From contig MVRC01000012.1 in assembly GCA_002067865.1 (NCBI GenBank), positions 166,474 to 230,473 of the forward strand: a stretch of DNA of 64,000 nucleotides, in the 5' to 3' direction. Source of the stretch: Methanomassiliicoccales archaeon PtaU1.Bin124. GTDB lineage: Archaea; Thermoplasmatota; Thermoplasmata; Methanomassiliicoccales; UBA472. This document shows positions 1 through 9,626 of this stretch, one piece after another. The translations under genes and the position numbers were made by a program. Within the stretch, counting starts at the first letter, position 1; each line of letters opens with the position of its first letter. The notes beneath the pieces are model-generated. The model saw only the letters and a list, made by a program, of their open reading frames with translations, did no database searches and was not told the DNA's origin.

Positions 1-110
1 TGTTTTCAGGCCAGCCGTTCCACTAGACTAGTGAGACTGCGCTAACCCGTGGGTTCCTGGCGACGGCACCGGTACCTTATTGCTAAGGCCCTAGTCCTCG
101 CAGGTCGTGA
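1..110 (-). ncRNA. Candidate structured RNA or long 5' leader, truncated by the window edge
   Basis: Minus-strand TATA at 131-136, about 22 nt upstream. Long imperfect stem closed by a GCAA tetraloop (GCCUUA-GCAA-UAAGGU), then AACC-CACG-GGUU and CACUA-GUC-UAGUG hairpins. No credible ORF; family not recognised. Confidence 0.4.
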
Positions 111-130
111 TAATGAACTTGCCTTTAGGG

Positions 131-138
131 TATAAAAA
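131..138 (-). promoter_or_regulatory. Archaeal TATA box (TTTTTATA) driving a leftward transcript
   Basis: TTTATA on minus at the end of a long AT-rich upstream region with repeated TGATAA. Confidence 0.5.
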
Positions 139-491
139 GGACTCAATCCGGCTATCATGGGTGATAATAAAAAATGATAACGATGATAATACATCTGGCT
201 CGTGGTTTTTCTCATTTCGCGGAATGAAAAATTCGAGGCAAAAGTGATGTTGAAAAGGCATCTTTTTCTGCCATTTCTTATCGATCAATAAAATCAATCC
301 AGATATCGGATTTTTTATCATTTTTCACAATCACGGGCGATAGCAATTTGAGGTTACGGTGCGGCCGAACCCTTGAAACTCTACTTTAGTGCATCCTTTT
401 CTGCGAATGACCGGGCAGAAAAACTCTCAGGAGGAGCTCCGATGTAAGTAATCGCACAGAAATCCTTCCGTTCTGACCCTCGCACATCAAT

Positions 492-1154
492 ATGACTATC
501 TCTCAAACGTGGTTGCGAGGAGGGATGCCACTAACGTCGACCGATCGCTTCCTTTCCCCCTCCAAGTACATCGATTGGCAAGAACCGACAGTGAAAGCGA
601 TGGCGGAGAGGCTGGCCTTGGGGCTGTCAAGCGACGAGGATATCGCCAAACGCTGCTTCATCTACGTAAGGGACGAGATAAGGCATAGCATAGATCACGA
701 CACAGGGCCAGTAACGATTAGAGCGTCCGACGTGCTTCGTTACAAGGTGGGCTTCTGCTTTGCCAAGAGCCATCTGTTGGCCGCCCTGCTGAGAGCGAAC
801 GGAATACGTGCCGGGCTATGCTATCAGCGCCTGACCCTGGATGATGCCGGTAACAAGTATTGTTTACATGGCCTGAACGCTGTGCTGTTGCGCGATCACG
901 GATGGTACAGGATCGATGCCAGGGGGAACAAGGAAAACGTCTGCGCCGACTTCTGTCCTCCGAAAGAACGTTTGGCCTTCCCCGTCAGCACACCAGGCGA
1001 GGTCGATTTTGCAGGGATATGGGAGGCACCAATACCCACCATCGTCCGATGCCTTACTACGTTCAAGACCCACGTGGAGGTCCTTGAGAACATACCAGAT
1101 GCGCGGCGGATCGAAATCGGACCGACCCTAGATACGATCTGGAATACTGATTAA
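492..1154 (+). CDS. Transglutaminase-like cysteine protease family protein
   Basis: GFCFAKSHLLAALLRANGIRAG (Cys), LHGLNAV (His), WYRIDARG (Asp): intact triad. Confidence 0.9.
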   Translation: MTISQTWLRGGMPLTSTDRFLSPSKYIDWQEPTVKAMAERLALGLSSDEDIAKRCFIYVRDEIRHSIDHDTGPVTIRASDVLRYKVGFCFAKSHLLAALLRANGIRAGLCYQRLTLDDAGNKYCLHGLNAVLLRDHGWYRIDARGNKENVCADFCPPKERLAFPVSTPGEVDFAGIWEAPIPTIVRCLTTFKTHVEVLENIPDARRIEIGPTLDTIWNTD

Positions 1155-1196
1155 GCATTCAAAACAATAGAAAAGGGATAGATCAAATCTTCAAGA

Positions 1197-1598
1197 TCAA
1201 CGTACTACGATGACGACGCAGTTCGTGTTCTTGATGACGAAGTCGCTGGTGCTCTTGGAACCGCCCAGCAGGCCGCCCCCGCTCTTCTCCGGGTTCTTGC
1301 TCAGCACGACCACATCGGCCTTGATCCTGTCGGCGGCCAGGGCGATCGTCTCCATCGGATCTCCGGCCTCCAGCAGGGTGGCGACCTCGATGCCGATGTC
1401 GGCCCCGCGGATCTTCAAGCGGCCCAATATGCGCATGCCGTTCTTGATCTCCTTGTCCTTCTCCTCTCCGGACTTAGGATCTACCACGTACAGCGCCACG
1501 AAGGTCGGCTTGAACTGCTTGTAGAGGGCGAAAGCGTACTCTACCGCCTTATCGGACCATGGTTTCCCATCGGTGGCGACTAGCACACGCATCTTCAA
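1197..1598 (-). CDS. Universal stress protein (UspA family)
   Basis: RVLVATDG...ALYVVD...GDP...ADVVVL...C-terminal CVVIVVR. Confidence 0.9.
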   Translation of the reverse strand: MKMRVLVATDGKPWSDKAVEYAFALYKQFKPTFVALYVVDPKSGEEKDKEIKNGMRILGRLKIRGADIGIEVATLLEAGDPMETIALAADRIKADVVVLSKNPEKSGGGLLGGSKSTSDFVIKNTNCVVIVVR

Positions 1599-1740
1599 AA
1601 CCTCTCAAGCTTCGCTGAACTTGTAACCCTTTCAACGCCAAGGGGATTTATTGCGTTTTCGATTCCGCTATCAATAAGCATACTGGTGAATTCATCACTT
1701 CCAGCATAGAAAAAATGACCGGACGATGGATAAAATCGCC

Positions 1741-2595
1741 TCATGCCAGCACCGCCTGACCGTTGCGGACGTCAATGTGGGCATGACAGATCTCGCCGTC
1801 GGTATGGTCGTAGAAGAGGGTGAACTGCCACATGCCGGCGGGGATCGGTCCCGAGGTGCTCTGCACCCGGACGATGTCGCCGTAGTTGATGATGTGCGGC
1901 TCGCCCATGTCTATGATGGATATCCAGATGGTGTCGTTGAAGGAGAAGATGTTGGGCGCACCCTGCTGGAACTCCCACGTCTGGTTCTTCCCGTCCGGGG
2001 TGACGATCTGCAGGGCGGAGTAGTAGAACGGCACCGCCGTATCGATTATGCCGAACTGTACCAGCAGCTCGGTGCTGCTGGCCAGCGTGGGGCTGCGGAA
2101 CGCCCCGGCCGGTGTGCTCTCGCTCGAAGGCATGGAGAAGTACTCCTCCAGGCTCGGCAGTTTGTTGCCGTCCACGAATATGCGGAAGGTCCACTTGCCC
2201 AGCTCCAAAGGCTTGGTATGGTAGAGGGAGAAGGCGTCGTAGGCATCCATCTCGCAATCGTAATCGTTGTCGAGCATTGTGACGGTGGTGAGCGTGAGCC
2301 TCTCTCCGTTCGTCATGTAGGACCACCTGTCCGTCTCCAGGTCTACCGTCGTCACCTCGGTGTTGTCGGGCGAGAAGATGACCATCTGACATCTGTCATA
2401 GCGGAGCCCGGCCGTGGACGCGTCGAGGGTGAGGCGGACCTCGTTGGCCGAGATGGCATCCACAGTAGAGATCGATCCCAAGAACGCGGCGGTCTCGGTG
2501 CGCGGAGGGGGCAGATGGGTCAGTCCAACGTACGCCACCCCTCCGGTAAGGACGATGATGACGATGATGGAGGTGACGAACACGATGTGCTTCAT
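1741..2595 (-). CDS. Membrane-anchored surface protein with two tandem beta-rich domains, pilin-like
   Basis: N-terminal hydrophobic helix IVIIVLTGGVAYV; two similar repeats ending LELGKWTFRIFVD and IPAGMWQFTLFYD; 29 bp after cheC, same strand. Confidence 0.65.
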   Translation of the reverse strand: MKHIVFVTSIIVIIVLTGGVAYVGLTHLPPPRTETAAFLGSISTVDAISANEVRLTLDASTAGLRYDRCQMVIFSPDNTEVTTVDLETDRWSYMTNGERLTLTTVTMLDNDYDCEMDAYDAFSLYHTKPLELGKWTFRIFVDGNKLPSLEEYFSMPSSESTPAGAFRSPTLASSTELLVQFGIIDTAVPFYYSALQIVTPDGKNQTWEFQQGAPNIFSFNDTIWISIIDMGEPHIINYGDIVRVQSTSGPIPAGMWQFTLFYDHTDGEICHAHIDVRNGQAVLA

Positions 2596-2624
2596 TTCGA
2601 TGCCCTACTGCCGGGCGCCTCGCA

Positions 2625-3257
2625 TCAAAGTGCCCCGAACTTCTCCAGGAGCATCGTCTGCGACTCGGGGTCGGGCAGGAAGACGAAGCATCCCTGGTAG
2701 ATCTCGTTCTCGATCTGGAAGCTGGTCTTCAGGACGACCACCAGGTCAGAGACCTGTGCCACCAATGAGGCGGGGTACTGCAAGATGGCGCTGAGCATGT
2801 CGATGGCCACCATGGGCGGGGACGGCAGAACGGTCGTGCCGAGGAACTGCGCCATGGCGTTCAGGTAGGCGGAGGTGCAGATGTTGCCCATCTCCGAGAT
2901 GGCGCCGAGGCTCTCCTCGTCCAGCTCGGTCGGCATGGGCCCCATGTGCTCCAGCATGCGGGAGGACAGCCTGATGGCCGTGTCGTAGGACATCAACATC
3001 AGGAAGACCCCGGTGCCGCGTCCATATGTCTGGAACAGCGTGGCCACGGTCTGTTGCTCCCATGCGCCCAACTTCTCCGGCATCTGCTCGGTCTTGCATA
3101 CGATGCAGTCAGGCACGTCGATCATGACGGGAGCGCGAACCAGGCTAGACATGGCCGTGCTGGCATGCGATGCGCCGATGTTGCCGGCCTCGCGCAGCGC
3201 GTCTATCTCTATCTCCTGGAAACTCTGCTCCCCCTCTTCGGTCTGGAACTCTACCAT
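2625..3257 (-). CDS. cheC: CheC-family CheY-P phosphatase
   Basis: DALREAGNIGASHA and AISEMGNICTSAY ExxN motifs; PSPP; che context. Confidence 0.9.
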   Translation of the reverse strand: MVEFQTEEGEQSFQEIEIDALREAGNIGASHASTAMSSLVRAPVMIDVPDCIVCKTEQMPEKLGAWEQQTVATLFQTYGRGTGVFLMLMSYDTAIRLSSRMLEHMGPMPTELDEESLGAISEMGNICTSAYLNAMAQFLGTTVLPSPPMVAIDMLSAILQYPASLVAQVSDLVVVLKTSFQIENEIYQGCFVFLPDPESQTMLLEKFGAL

Positions 3258-3266
3258 GGCGAAACC

Positions 3267-3929
3267 TCACATCACTCCGAACTTGGCGAACATCTCTGCC
3301 TGCGAATCGGCGTCCACTCCGAACTTCTTGAAAGTGAGCGCCTGCACGTCCTTCCTGGGAAGGAACATGATGAAACCGTTGAACGACTTCAGGCCGTCCG
3401 CGAACTCCGTCTCGATGACCGCGGCGTTGGTGGAATTGAGCATTGCCAGCGAGGCAGGAAGGTTCCCGATGGGAACCTGCTCCACGCTGACGTTGGGAGG
3501 CGAGGGCATGAGGTCCATCTTGAGGAACCTGGAGATGGGGTTTAGATATTCGCGGATGCATATGTCGCCGATCTCGACCAGCGCATCTGGGTCGCCCTCC
3601 TGCAGGCGACGGGCCACGTGCTCCTTGCCGAAGACCTGGTCCGACAGCCAGGTGGCGATGGCCTCAGAGAAGACCATGAGGATCTCTCCGCCCTCCTGGG
3701 CGTTCACATCGATGCGCACGATGACGATGGTATCACCGGGCTTGGCGAAGCGCAGGGGCAGCTCCTTGAACGGGTCAAGGTGGCAGTACGTGACCGCTAT
3801 GGCGATCTCCTTCTTGACCAGGTTCGACAATGCCGTGCTGGCGTGGCTGGCCCCCACGTTCCCCAGCTCCTTCAGTGCGTCCACCTGGAGCTCGTCCAGG
3901 GGCAGTCTCTCTGCGCTCTCTAGGTTCAA
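3267..3929 (-). CDS. cheC: CheC-family phosphatase with degenerate second site
   Basis: DALKELGNVGASHA intact; second motif EIGD instead of ExGN; overlaps cheA stop. Confidence 0.88.
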   Translation of the reverse strand: MNLESAERLPLDELQVDALKELGNVGASHASTALSNLVKKEIAIAVTYCHLDPFKELPLRFAKPGDTIVIVRIDVNAQEGGEILMVFSEAIATWLSDQVFGKEHVARRLQEGDPDALVEIGDICIREYLNPISRFLKMDLMPSPPNVSVEQVPIGNLPASLAMLNSTNAAVIETEFADGLKSFNGFIMFLPRKDVQALTFKKFGVDADSQAEMFAKFGVM

Positions 3930-5878
3930 ATGAATGCCCCCACATCTAATATCATCGCTACCTTTCCGTCGCCCAATATCGTCGCTCCGGAGAAGTAGCC
4001 AGTGCTACGCAGTCCCCTGCCGACGTTCTTGACGACTATCTCTTGCTGCCCGATCAGGCGGGAGACGAGCAGGCAGGCCCGGTTCTCGTTCTTCTCCACG
4101 ATGATCGCCGGCATGTCCTTGGTCCCGTCGGCCATCAGGCCGCCGAACTCCGTATGCACGTTGAGGACCGGCAGTACCTCTTCCCTCAGGCGGAACATGC
4201 CGTGACTGGCGACCTCATGGACGTTGTCCATGGGCACTTTGACCGTCTCGCGCACGTTCTCCAGCGGGATGGCGTACTTCTCGGTGTTGATCTCCACCAG
4301 CATGGCGCGGATGATGCTCATGCTCGGCGGGAGCTTCAGCGTCATCTTGGTGCCCTTGCCTGTCTCTGATTCGATCTTGACGAAACCGCCCATGCCCTCG
4401 ATCTTGGAGCGGACCACGTCCATGCCCACGCCCCTGCCGGACACGCCCGTCACCTTCTCGGCGGTGCTGAATCCCGGTAGGAAGATGAACTGGATGATCT
4501 TCTTGTCATCCAACTTCGCCACTTCCTCAGGCGTGACGAGGCCCTTCTCGATGGCCTTCTTGGCGATCTTCTGAGGATCTATGCCCTTACCATCGTCCTC
4601 CACGGTGATGACGATGTTGCTCTGCTCCTGGAAAGCGGACAGGATGAGCTGGCCCTTGGGCTTCTTGCCCACGGCGACACGGTCGGCCGGGGCCTCTATG
4701 CCATGGTCGATGGAGTTGCGCAGCAGGTGCACCAGTGCATCGCCGATCTCGTCCAGCAGGCCGCGGTCTATTTCGATGTCGTTCCCCTTCATGATGAAGT
4801 CGACGTCCTTGCCCAGCTCGTTGCCGGTGTCTCGGACCATGCGGGGGAACCGCTTGAAGATAAAATCCACCTGCACCATGCGGGTGCGGAGGACGATGTC
4901 CTGCATCTGGGTCATGAGGCGGGAGTTGTTCTGCAGCGACTGCTTCAGTTCACGGTGCTTCAGGTCCGCCGCGATCTGGTTGATGCGGATGTTGTTGATC
5001 ATGATCTCGCCGACCAGGTCCAGCAACGAGTCCAGCAGCTTGCTTTTAACCCTGATCGTGGAGGAGTGCGACTGCGCCCCTCCCTTGGCCTCGCTCTTGC
5101 AGGAGCTGTTCTCCTCCTCGGCCTCCTCCTTGGGAAGCTCGAACTTGGAGGCCTTCGATTCAGCCACGCCGATGATGTCCATGGCAGCCTCCATCAGCGC
5201 CGCCTCGGTCTCGGCCGATGTGACGATGAAGGTTATCTCTGGCGTCTCGTCGGACACCTTCTCCCACTCCGGGTACATGACCAGCAGTTCTCCGGCAGAG
5301 GAGAGGCGCTTCTTCAGCTGGTAAGCCCGGCCCTCGCGCATCTTCAGGTCGTTCTCGAAGATCGCCCTGACGGCGTAGACCGGCTTCTTGTCCTCAATGG
5401 CCTTGGCGATCGCAGCCTTCTGTTCGGTGGTCAGCTCGACCCCGCTGGTCGGCGCCTCCGCCTTAGGTTCTGCGGTGGGGCACGGTCCCTTCGTCATGTC
5501 GAAGGCCTTCATCTTGGCCACCACGTCCTTTCCGCTGGACGAGACCGCCTGGGTCGTCTCCAGCTCATGGATCATCGATTCGATGGTGTCCAGTGCCTGG
5601 AAGAATATGTCCAGTAGTTCCTTCTCGGGGGCCCGCTTCTCCTTGCGCAGGACGTCAAGGAGGTCCTCCATGACGTGCGCTACGGACTGGATCGGCTCCA
5701 CGCCAACCACTCCCGCCGTCCCCTTGACGGTATGCAGGAAGCGGTATGCCTCGTTCATAGCGGCGTCATCGTAACCTGATTCCTCCAATTGCAGGAGGAT
5801 CTTGTTGACGGACTCCAGGTTCTCCTTCGCCTCTTCTATGAACGCTTCGACATAGCTGGATTTGTCCATTGGGCCCAC
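3926..5878 (-). CDS. cheA: Chemotaxis histidine kinase CheA
   Basis: Hpt HTVKG, HLLRNSIDHG, EDDGKG, PGFSTAEKVTGVSGRGVGMDVV, C-terminal CheW domain GATILGDG. Confidence 0.97.
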   Translation of the reverse strand: MGPMDKSSYVEAFIEEAKENLESVNKILLQLEESGYDDAAMNEAYRFLHTVKGTAGVVGVEPIQSVAHVMEDLLDVLRKEKRAPEKELLDIFFQALDTIESMIHELETTQAVSSSGKDVVAKMKAFDMTKGPCPTAEPKAEAPTSGVELTTEQKAAIAKAIEDKKPVYAVRAIFENDLKMREGRAYQLKKRLSSAGELLVMYPEWEKVSDETPEITFIVTSAETEAALMEAAMDIIGVAESKASKFELPKEEAEEENSSCKSEAKGGAQSHSSTIRVKSKLLDSLLDLVGEIMINNIRINQIAADLKHRELKQSLQNNSRLMTQMQDIVLRTRMVQVDFIFKRFPRMVRDTGNELGKDVDFIMKGNDIEIDRGLLDEIGDALVHLLRNSIDHGIEAPADRVAVGKKPKGQLILSAFQEQSNIVITVEDDGKGIDPQKIAKKAIEKGLVTPEEVAKLDDKKIIQFIFLPGFSTAEKVTGVSGRGVGMDVVRSKIEGMGGFVKIESETGKGTKMTLKLPPSMSIIRAMLVEINTEKYAIPLENVRETVKVPMDNVHEVASHGMFRLREEVLPVLNVHTEFGGLMADGTKDMPAIIVEKNENRACLLVSRLIGQQEIVVKNVGRGLRSTGYFSGATILGDGKVAMILDVGAFI

Positions 5879-5894
5879 CTTTCGATCTAACGGA

Positions 5895-6263
5895 TTACTT
5901 CGCCACCTTCAGGGCGGCCTTGAGCAGATCGTCTGCCTCGAACGGCTTGACGATATAGTCCTTGGCGCCGTTCTCCATGGCCTGGATGACCAGGTTCTTC
6001 TGGTTCAGCCCGGAGACCATCAGCACGGACACGCTCGGGTCCAGGGCCTTGAGCTTCTTCACGCCCTCGATGCCCGTCTCGCCCGGCATGACCACGTCCA
6101 TCGTGACGAGGTCAGGCTTGAGCTGGGGGTACATCGTGACCGCATCGGCCACGCACTTGGCCTGGCCGACCACGTTGAATCCGTTCTTTGTGAGGACGTC
6201 CCTGATCATGTTCCTCATGACCATGGAGTCGTCGACGATCATGACTTTCTTCGGTTCGCTCAT
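5895..6263 (-). CDS. cheY: Chemotaxis response regulator CheY
   Basis: Stand-alone receiver VDDS...DLVTMDVVMP...KPF directly upstream of cheA. Confidence 0.93.
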   Translation of the reverse strand: MSEPKKVMIVDDSMVMRNMIRDVLTKNGFNVVGQAKCVADAVTMYPQLKPDLVTMDVVMPGETGIEGVKKLKALDPSVSVLMVSGLNQKNLVIQAMENGAKDYIVKPFEADDLLKAALKVAK

Positions 6264-6290
6264 GCGTCCACTCTCTCAATCGATGCCGCT

Positions 6291-6458
6291 TCAGGCCACG
6301 CCTTCCGCGTCATCATAGTTCTCTTGGTCGTCCTGCTGCTCGACGCTCTCCTGCTCCTCGTATCTAGCGACCCAGCACTCCTCGGGAGTGCCGTTCCATC
6401 GCTCGCCCATTCTGACCTTCTTCATGGTCAGTTCGAGTTTCTTGTGGTAGGAAAGCAT
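6291..6458 (-). CDS. 55-aa small protein with basic N-terminus and acidic tail (not in ORF track)
   Basis: Manual translation MLSYHKKLELTMKKVRMGERWNGTPEECWVARYEEQESVEQQDDQENYDDAEGVA; GAGG upstream; host-like codons; ends 27 bp before cheY. Confidence 0.6.
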   Translation of the reverse strand: MLSYHKKLELTMKKVRMGERWNGTPEECWVARYEEQESVEQQDDQENYDDAEGVA

Positions 6459-6620
6459 TGCATCTCGCCTCAGGTCAAAGACCAGAGTAACCGCTGCATC
6501 AGCTACCCTTTACCAAGAATATAAAAAGCGAAGACGTGGCAATCATCCTTGATAATCTGGTCAGATGGGGTTTGGGTGTCCCGGGACTTATCGCAAATGA
6601 TAATTGCGTCCGCACCGGGA

Positions 6621-9600
6621 TCATTTCTTCTTCTGCCTGAACTTGCCCATGGGGACGAATATCTCGAAGCGTGCGCCCCTCTCCGGGTCGCCCGACTCCG
6701 AGATGTCGATCTGGGTGGCGAACAGGACCTCCCTGACGAAGTGGAGGTCATGGCCGTTCCGCCCGTTATGCGAATATTCGAATATCTCCTCCTTGGCGGC
6801 GGTGGGAACGCCGACCCCGTCATCCTCGATGACGATGTATCCGCCCTTATCGCCCACGAAGAACTTCACGTCCACCTTGGTGACCTTCTTGCCGTGCACC
6901 AAGGCGTTCTCCACCAGCTTCGGCAGTACGTTCACCGCCAGCGGGTCCGCCAGTATCTCCACGCCGTCGATCTCTCCGGACGGGTCCACATCGTCGCCCA
7001 TGTTGCTGGAGACGATCTGGCACATGTCCTGCAGGGAGATCCACCGGGGCTCTGCCTTGCCGATCATGGGGTAGAACTTGGACAGCTGCTCCCACTTGTC
7101 GGCCGCGCTCATGATGGGGAAGGGTAGCTCCTCTTCCTCCTCTGCCACAATTGGAGTGCAGACGACCTCGGCCACCGCTCCCAGCGGCTCCTGCTCGATA
7201 TGCATCCCGAGCGATTCGTCCGGCGCCGCCTGGACATTGAGGGCCAGGCTGCGCAGTATGAACAGGAACCCGGTCATGACACCGTCGGCGTTCAGCACCG
7301 GCTCCACGTCCATGGCGGTGACATATTGCGTAAGGTCCTTTGCGATGAGATGTAACTTGACGTCGCTGCAGCGTCCATGCTGCCTGACGTTGGACAACAG
7401 TTCCTTGGCCGATTCCTGATCGAAGTCGGCCACGATGTGCATCCAGCCGGGCTTTCCGCCACCGATGTCGAACAGCTTGGTGGCCTTCTCACTGGCGAAG
7501 CTGACGGTGTCGGTCTCGTCCAGCAGGAACGCCGGGTCGGGGAAGGCCTCCATGAGCTTCCTGCCCAGGTCCTCCGTCGCCAGCAGCCGCTTCTTCATCT
7601 GCAGCTTCTCGGTGATCTCCTCACCGTGCACCTGGCAGGTGTCGTTGTCCATGCTCACGCCGGTCATGTGATAGGTTCGTCTATGCCCTTCGGTGTCCCT
7701 GATCTCCAGGTCGAACTGGCCTCCGCAGGGAGCATCGGTCCGTTTGGCCGGCCAGCCGGGGAAGACCTCGGACACTTCCCGTCCGATGACGTCGTCCCAC
7801 TTGCGGCCCAGCAGTCCTTCGATGACGCGGTTGCAGTAGGTGATGACGCGGCTTTGGTCCAGATTGAGCAGCAGGTCCGGTGAGTTATCGACCATGCGCT
7901 GGTAGAGGTCGACGGCGGGAACGTCCCGCTTCTCCCTCGGCCCGACCATGGTGCAGATGCCCATGACCAGATGCCCCTTGTCGGTGGTGATGGGGTGCAC
8001 CTCCACCTTGACCGCGGTGGACGAGCCCGACCTCTTGGTCAGGACGGTCTCCACCTGGTTGTTGAGAATGAGCATGTCCTTGTGGTTCAGCTTCGACACG
8101 ACCCTCTCATAGATGTCGGTGAAGCCCTGGCACAGCGGGTCCAGGTCCGGAAGCGCGCGGCCGATGGCCTCGGACGGCCGGATGGAGGTCATCTCCTCCA
8201 TGGCCTCGTTCCACTGGATGACCACGCCGCTCTCGTCCATCATCCACACTCCGTCATGGGTGTGCTCCATCAATGTGCGGAAGGCATGGACCATATCGAC
8301 CAGGGAGCGCTCGGCCCGCTTGCGGTCGGAGACGTCCCCGCCGGCGATTAGGTGGCCTGTGGGCAGGCTGTTCTTGTCCGGCAGCCGCTTGATGTCCAGC
8401 TGCATGTATGCCAGGTTACCGTCGGCCCGGATCATGCGGACCTCGGCCCGATGCACGGCGCCGTCGGTCTTGGAGAGGATGTCCTTCAATTTGACGTGGT
8501 CCTCGAGGTCGACGAAGTGGAACAGGTCGAGGCCTGCCATATCATCGACGTGGTGGCCGATGAGCTCTCCCAGGCCCTGGGATGCATATATGATACGGTG
8601 AGTGGAATCGATCTCCCACAGCAGGTCGGGTATGTCCTCCATGTGGAGGTCCGGCCTGTTCTCGGATGGTTCCATGCCCATCCATCTGCCCTGGGAGAAC
8701 ACCTGCTGGAAGGTCCAGACGACGCAACCCTCATAACCTTCCACGGTGGCCTTGGTTCCCTGGCAGAGGAACTTCCTTCCGTCCTTCAGGTCCATGCTGA
8801 ACGGACCGCCGGATGGATCGCTGAGGCGGATGGCCTTCTCCACGAAGGCGTGGTGCTCCACCACATTGAGAAGCAGAACGCTGAGCAATGTCTCGGGTGT
8901 GACGATATCCTTGGCAGGGTCTACCTTGAATATGTCAAGGAAACGCTTGTTCCATGCCACGATGACCCGGCCGCTGCCGACCACCAGCAACGGAGCCGGC
9001 ACATCGTCGATGGCCGAGATCAGCGATGGCACCTGGGCCGTCGCCTCCTCCTTGCTCATCAAAACGGAATCGCTGATGTCGCGGGCGGTCCACATGATGC
9101 CCACGATGCCGCATTCCTCGTCATGCAGCGCTTCCACGCTGATGCTGAGCCAGCTGATGTTGTATACTCGATTGTAAGCGCGAACCACGATGTTCTGGAA
9201 GCGTTCCTGGCCGTCGAAGAAGTTCTGCCTGACCCGCTCCAAAAGGCGCTCCGATTCCTCGCCGCTCGAGATCATCGTGCCCGCGATGCTCTTACCGATG
9301 GCCTCGTCGCCCAGGCTGAGGAACTGCTTCGCCCTGTCGTTGATGAAAGTGATCTTGAAATCCCTGTCGGTCTGCACCACGATGCGCTGGTCATCGATGC
9401 TGGAGGCGTATTCCTGCTCTGCCTCCTCGTCGATGCGGACCCCCGCGACGCGATTCTTGATCCCCTCTATGAAGTCCCTGAAGCCCCCCTTGCGCTCCTG
9501 AGTCTCCTCAGCCTCCAGGCTAGCTTCGTCGATGATGTAGTCCAGAGGCTCCTCTTCCTGCGTCTCCTGCGCTTCCTGGGCCTCGGGCTCCTCTTCTTCA

Positions 9601-9626
9601 TTTTGCTGGATCTTGCGCCATCTCAA
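6621..9626 (-). CDS. Multi-PAS sensor with C-terminal HATPase domain and degenerate H and G2 boxes
   Basis: Several PAS repeats; N box LVENALVHG; G1 DDGVGV; GARFEI; likely TTG start at 9626 with GGAGG 9 nt upstream. Confidence 0.85.
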   Translation of the reverse strand: MRWRKIQQNEEEEPEAQEAQETQEEEPLDYIIDEASLEAEETQERKGGFRDFIEGIKNRVAGVRIDEEAEQEYASSIDDQRIVVQTDRDFKITFINDRAKQFLSLGDEAIGKSIAGTMISSGEESERLLERVRQNFFDGQERFQNIVVRAYNRVYNISWLSISVEALHDEECGIVGIMWTARDISDSVLMSKEEATAQVPSLISAIDDVPAPLLVVGSGRVIVAWNKRFLDIFKVDPAKDIVTPETLLSVLLLNVVEHHAFVEKAIRLSDPSGGPFSMDLKDGRKFLCQGTKATVEGYEGCVVWTFQQVFSQGRWMGMEPSENRPDLHMEDIPDLLWEIDSTHRIIYASQGLGELIGHHVDDMAGLDLFHFVDLEDHVKLKDILSKTDGAVHRAEVRMIRADGNLAYMQLDIKRLPDKNSLPTGHLIAGGDVSDRKRAERSLVDMVHAFRTLMEHTHDGVWMMDESGVVIQWNEAMEEMTSIRPSEAIGRALPDLDPLCQGFTDIYERVVSKLNHKDMLILNNQVETVLTKRSGSSTAVKVEVHPITTDKGHLVMGICTMVGPREKRDVPAVDLYQRMVDNSPDLLLNLDQSRVITYCNRVIEGLLGRKWDDVIGREVSEVFPGWPAKRTDAPCGGQFDLEIRDTEGHRRTYHMTGVSMDNDTCQVHGEEITEKLQMKKRLLATEDLGRKLMEAFPDPAFLLDETDTVSFASEKATKLFDIGGGKPGWMHIVADFDQESAKELLSNVRQHGRCSDVKLHLIAKDLTQYVTAMDVEPVLNADGVMTGFLFILRSLALNVQAAPDESLGMHIEQEPLGAVAEVVCTPIVAEEEEELPFPIMSAADKWEQLSKFYPMIGKAEPRWISLQDMCQIVSSNMGDDVDPSGEIDGVEILADPLAVNVLPKLVENALVHGKKVTKVDVKFFVGDKGGYIVIEDDGVGVPTAAKEEIFEYSHNGRNGHDLHFVREVLFATQIDISESGDPERGARFEIFVPMGKFRQKKK

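Noticed and set aside
91-321. 76-aa ORF in the AT-rich left region
   Set aside because: It overlaps a promoter region, has atypical codon usage and no motif.
360-440. AAACTCTCAGG resembling a glycine riboswitch 3' motif
   Set aside because: The GGAGA and CCGAAG elements and supporting stems are absent.
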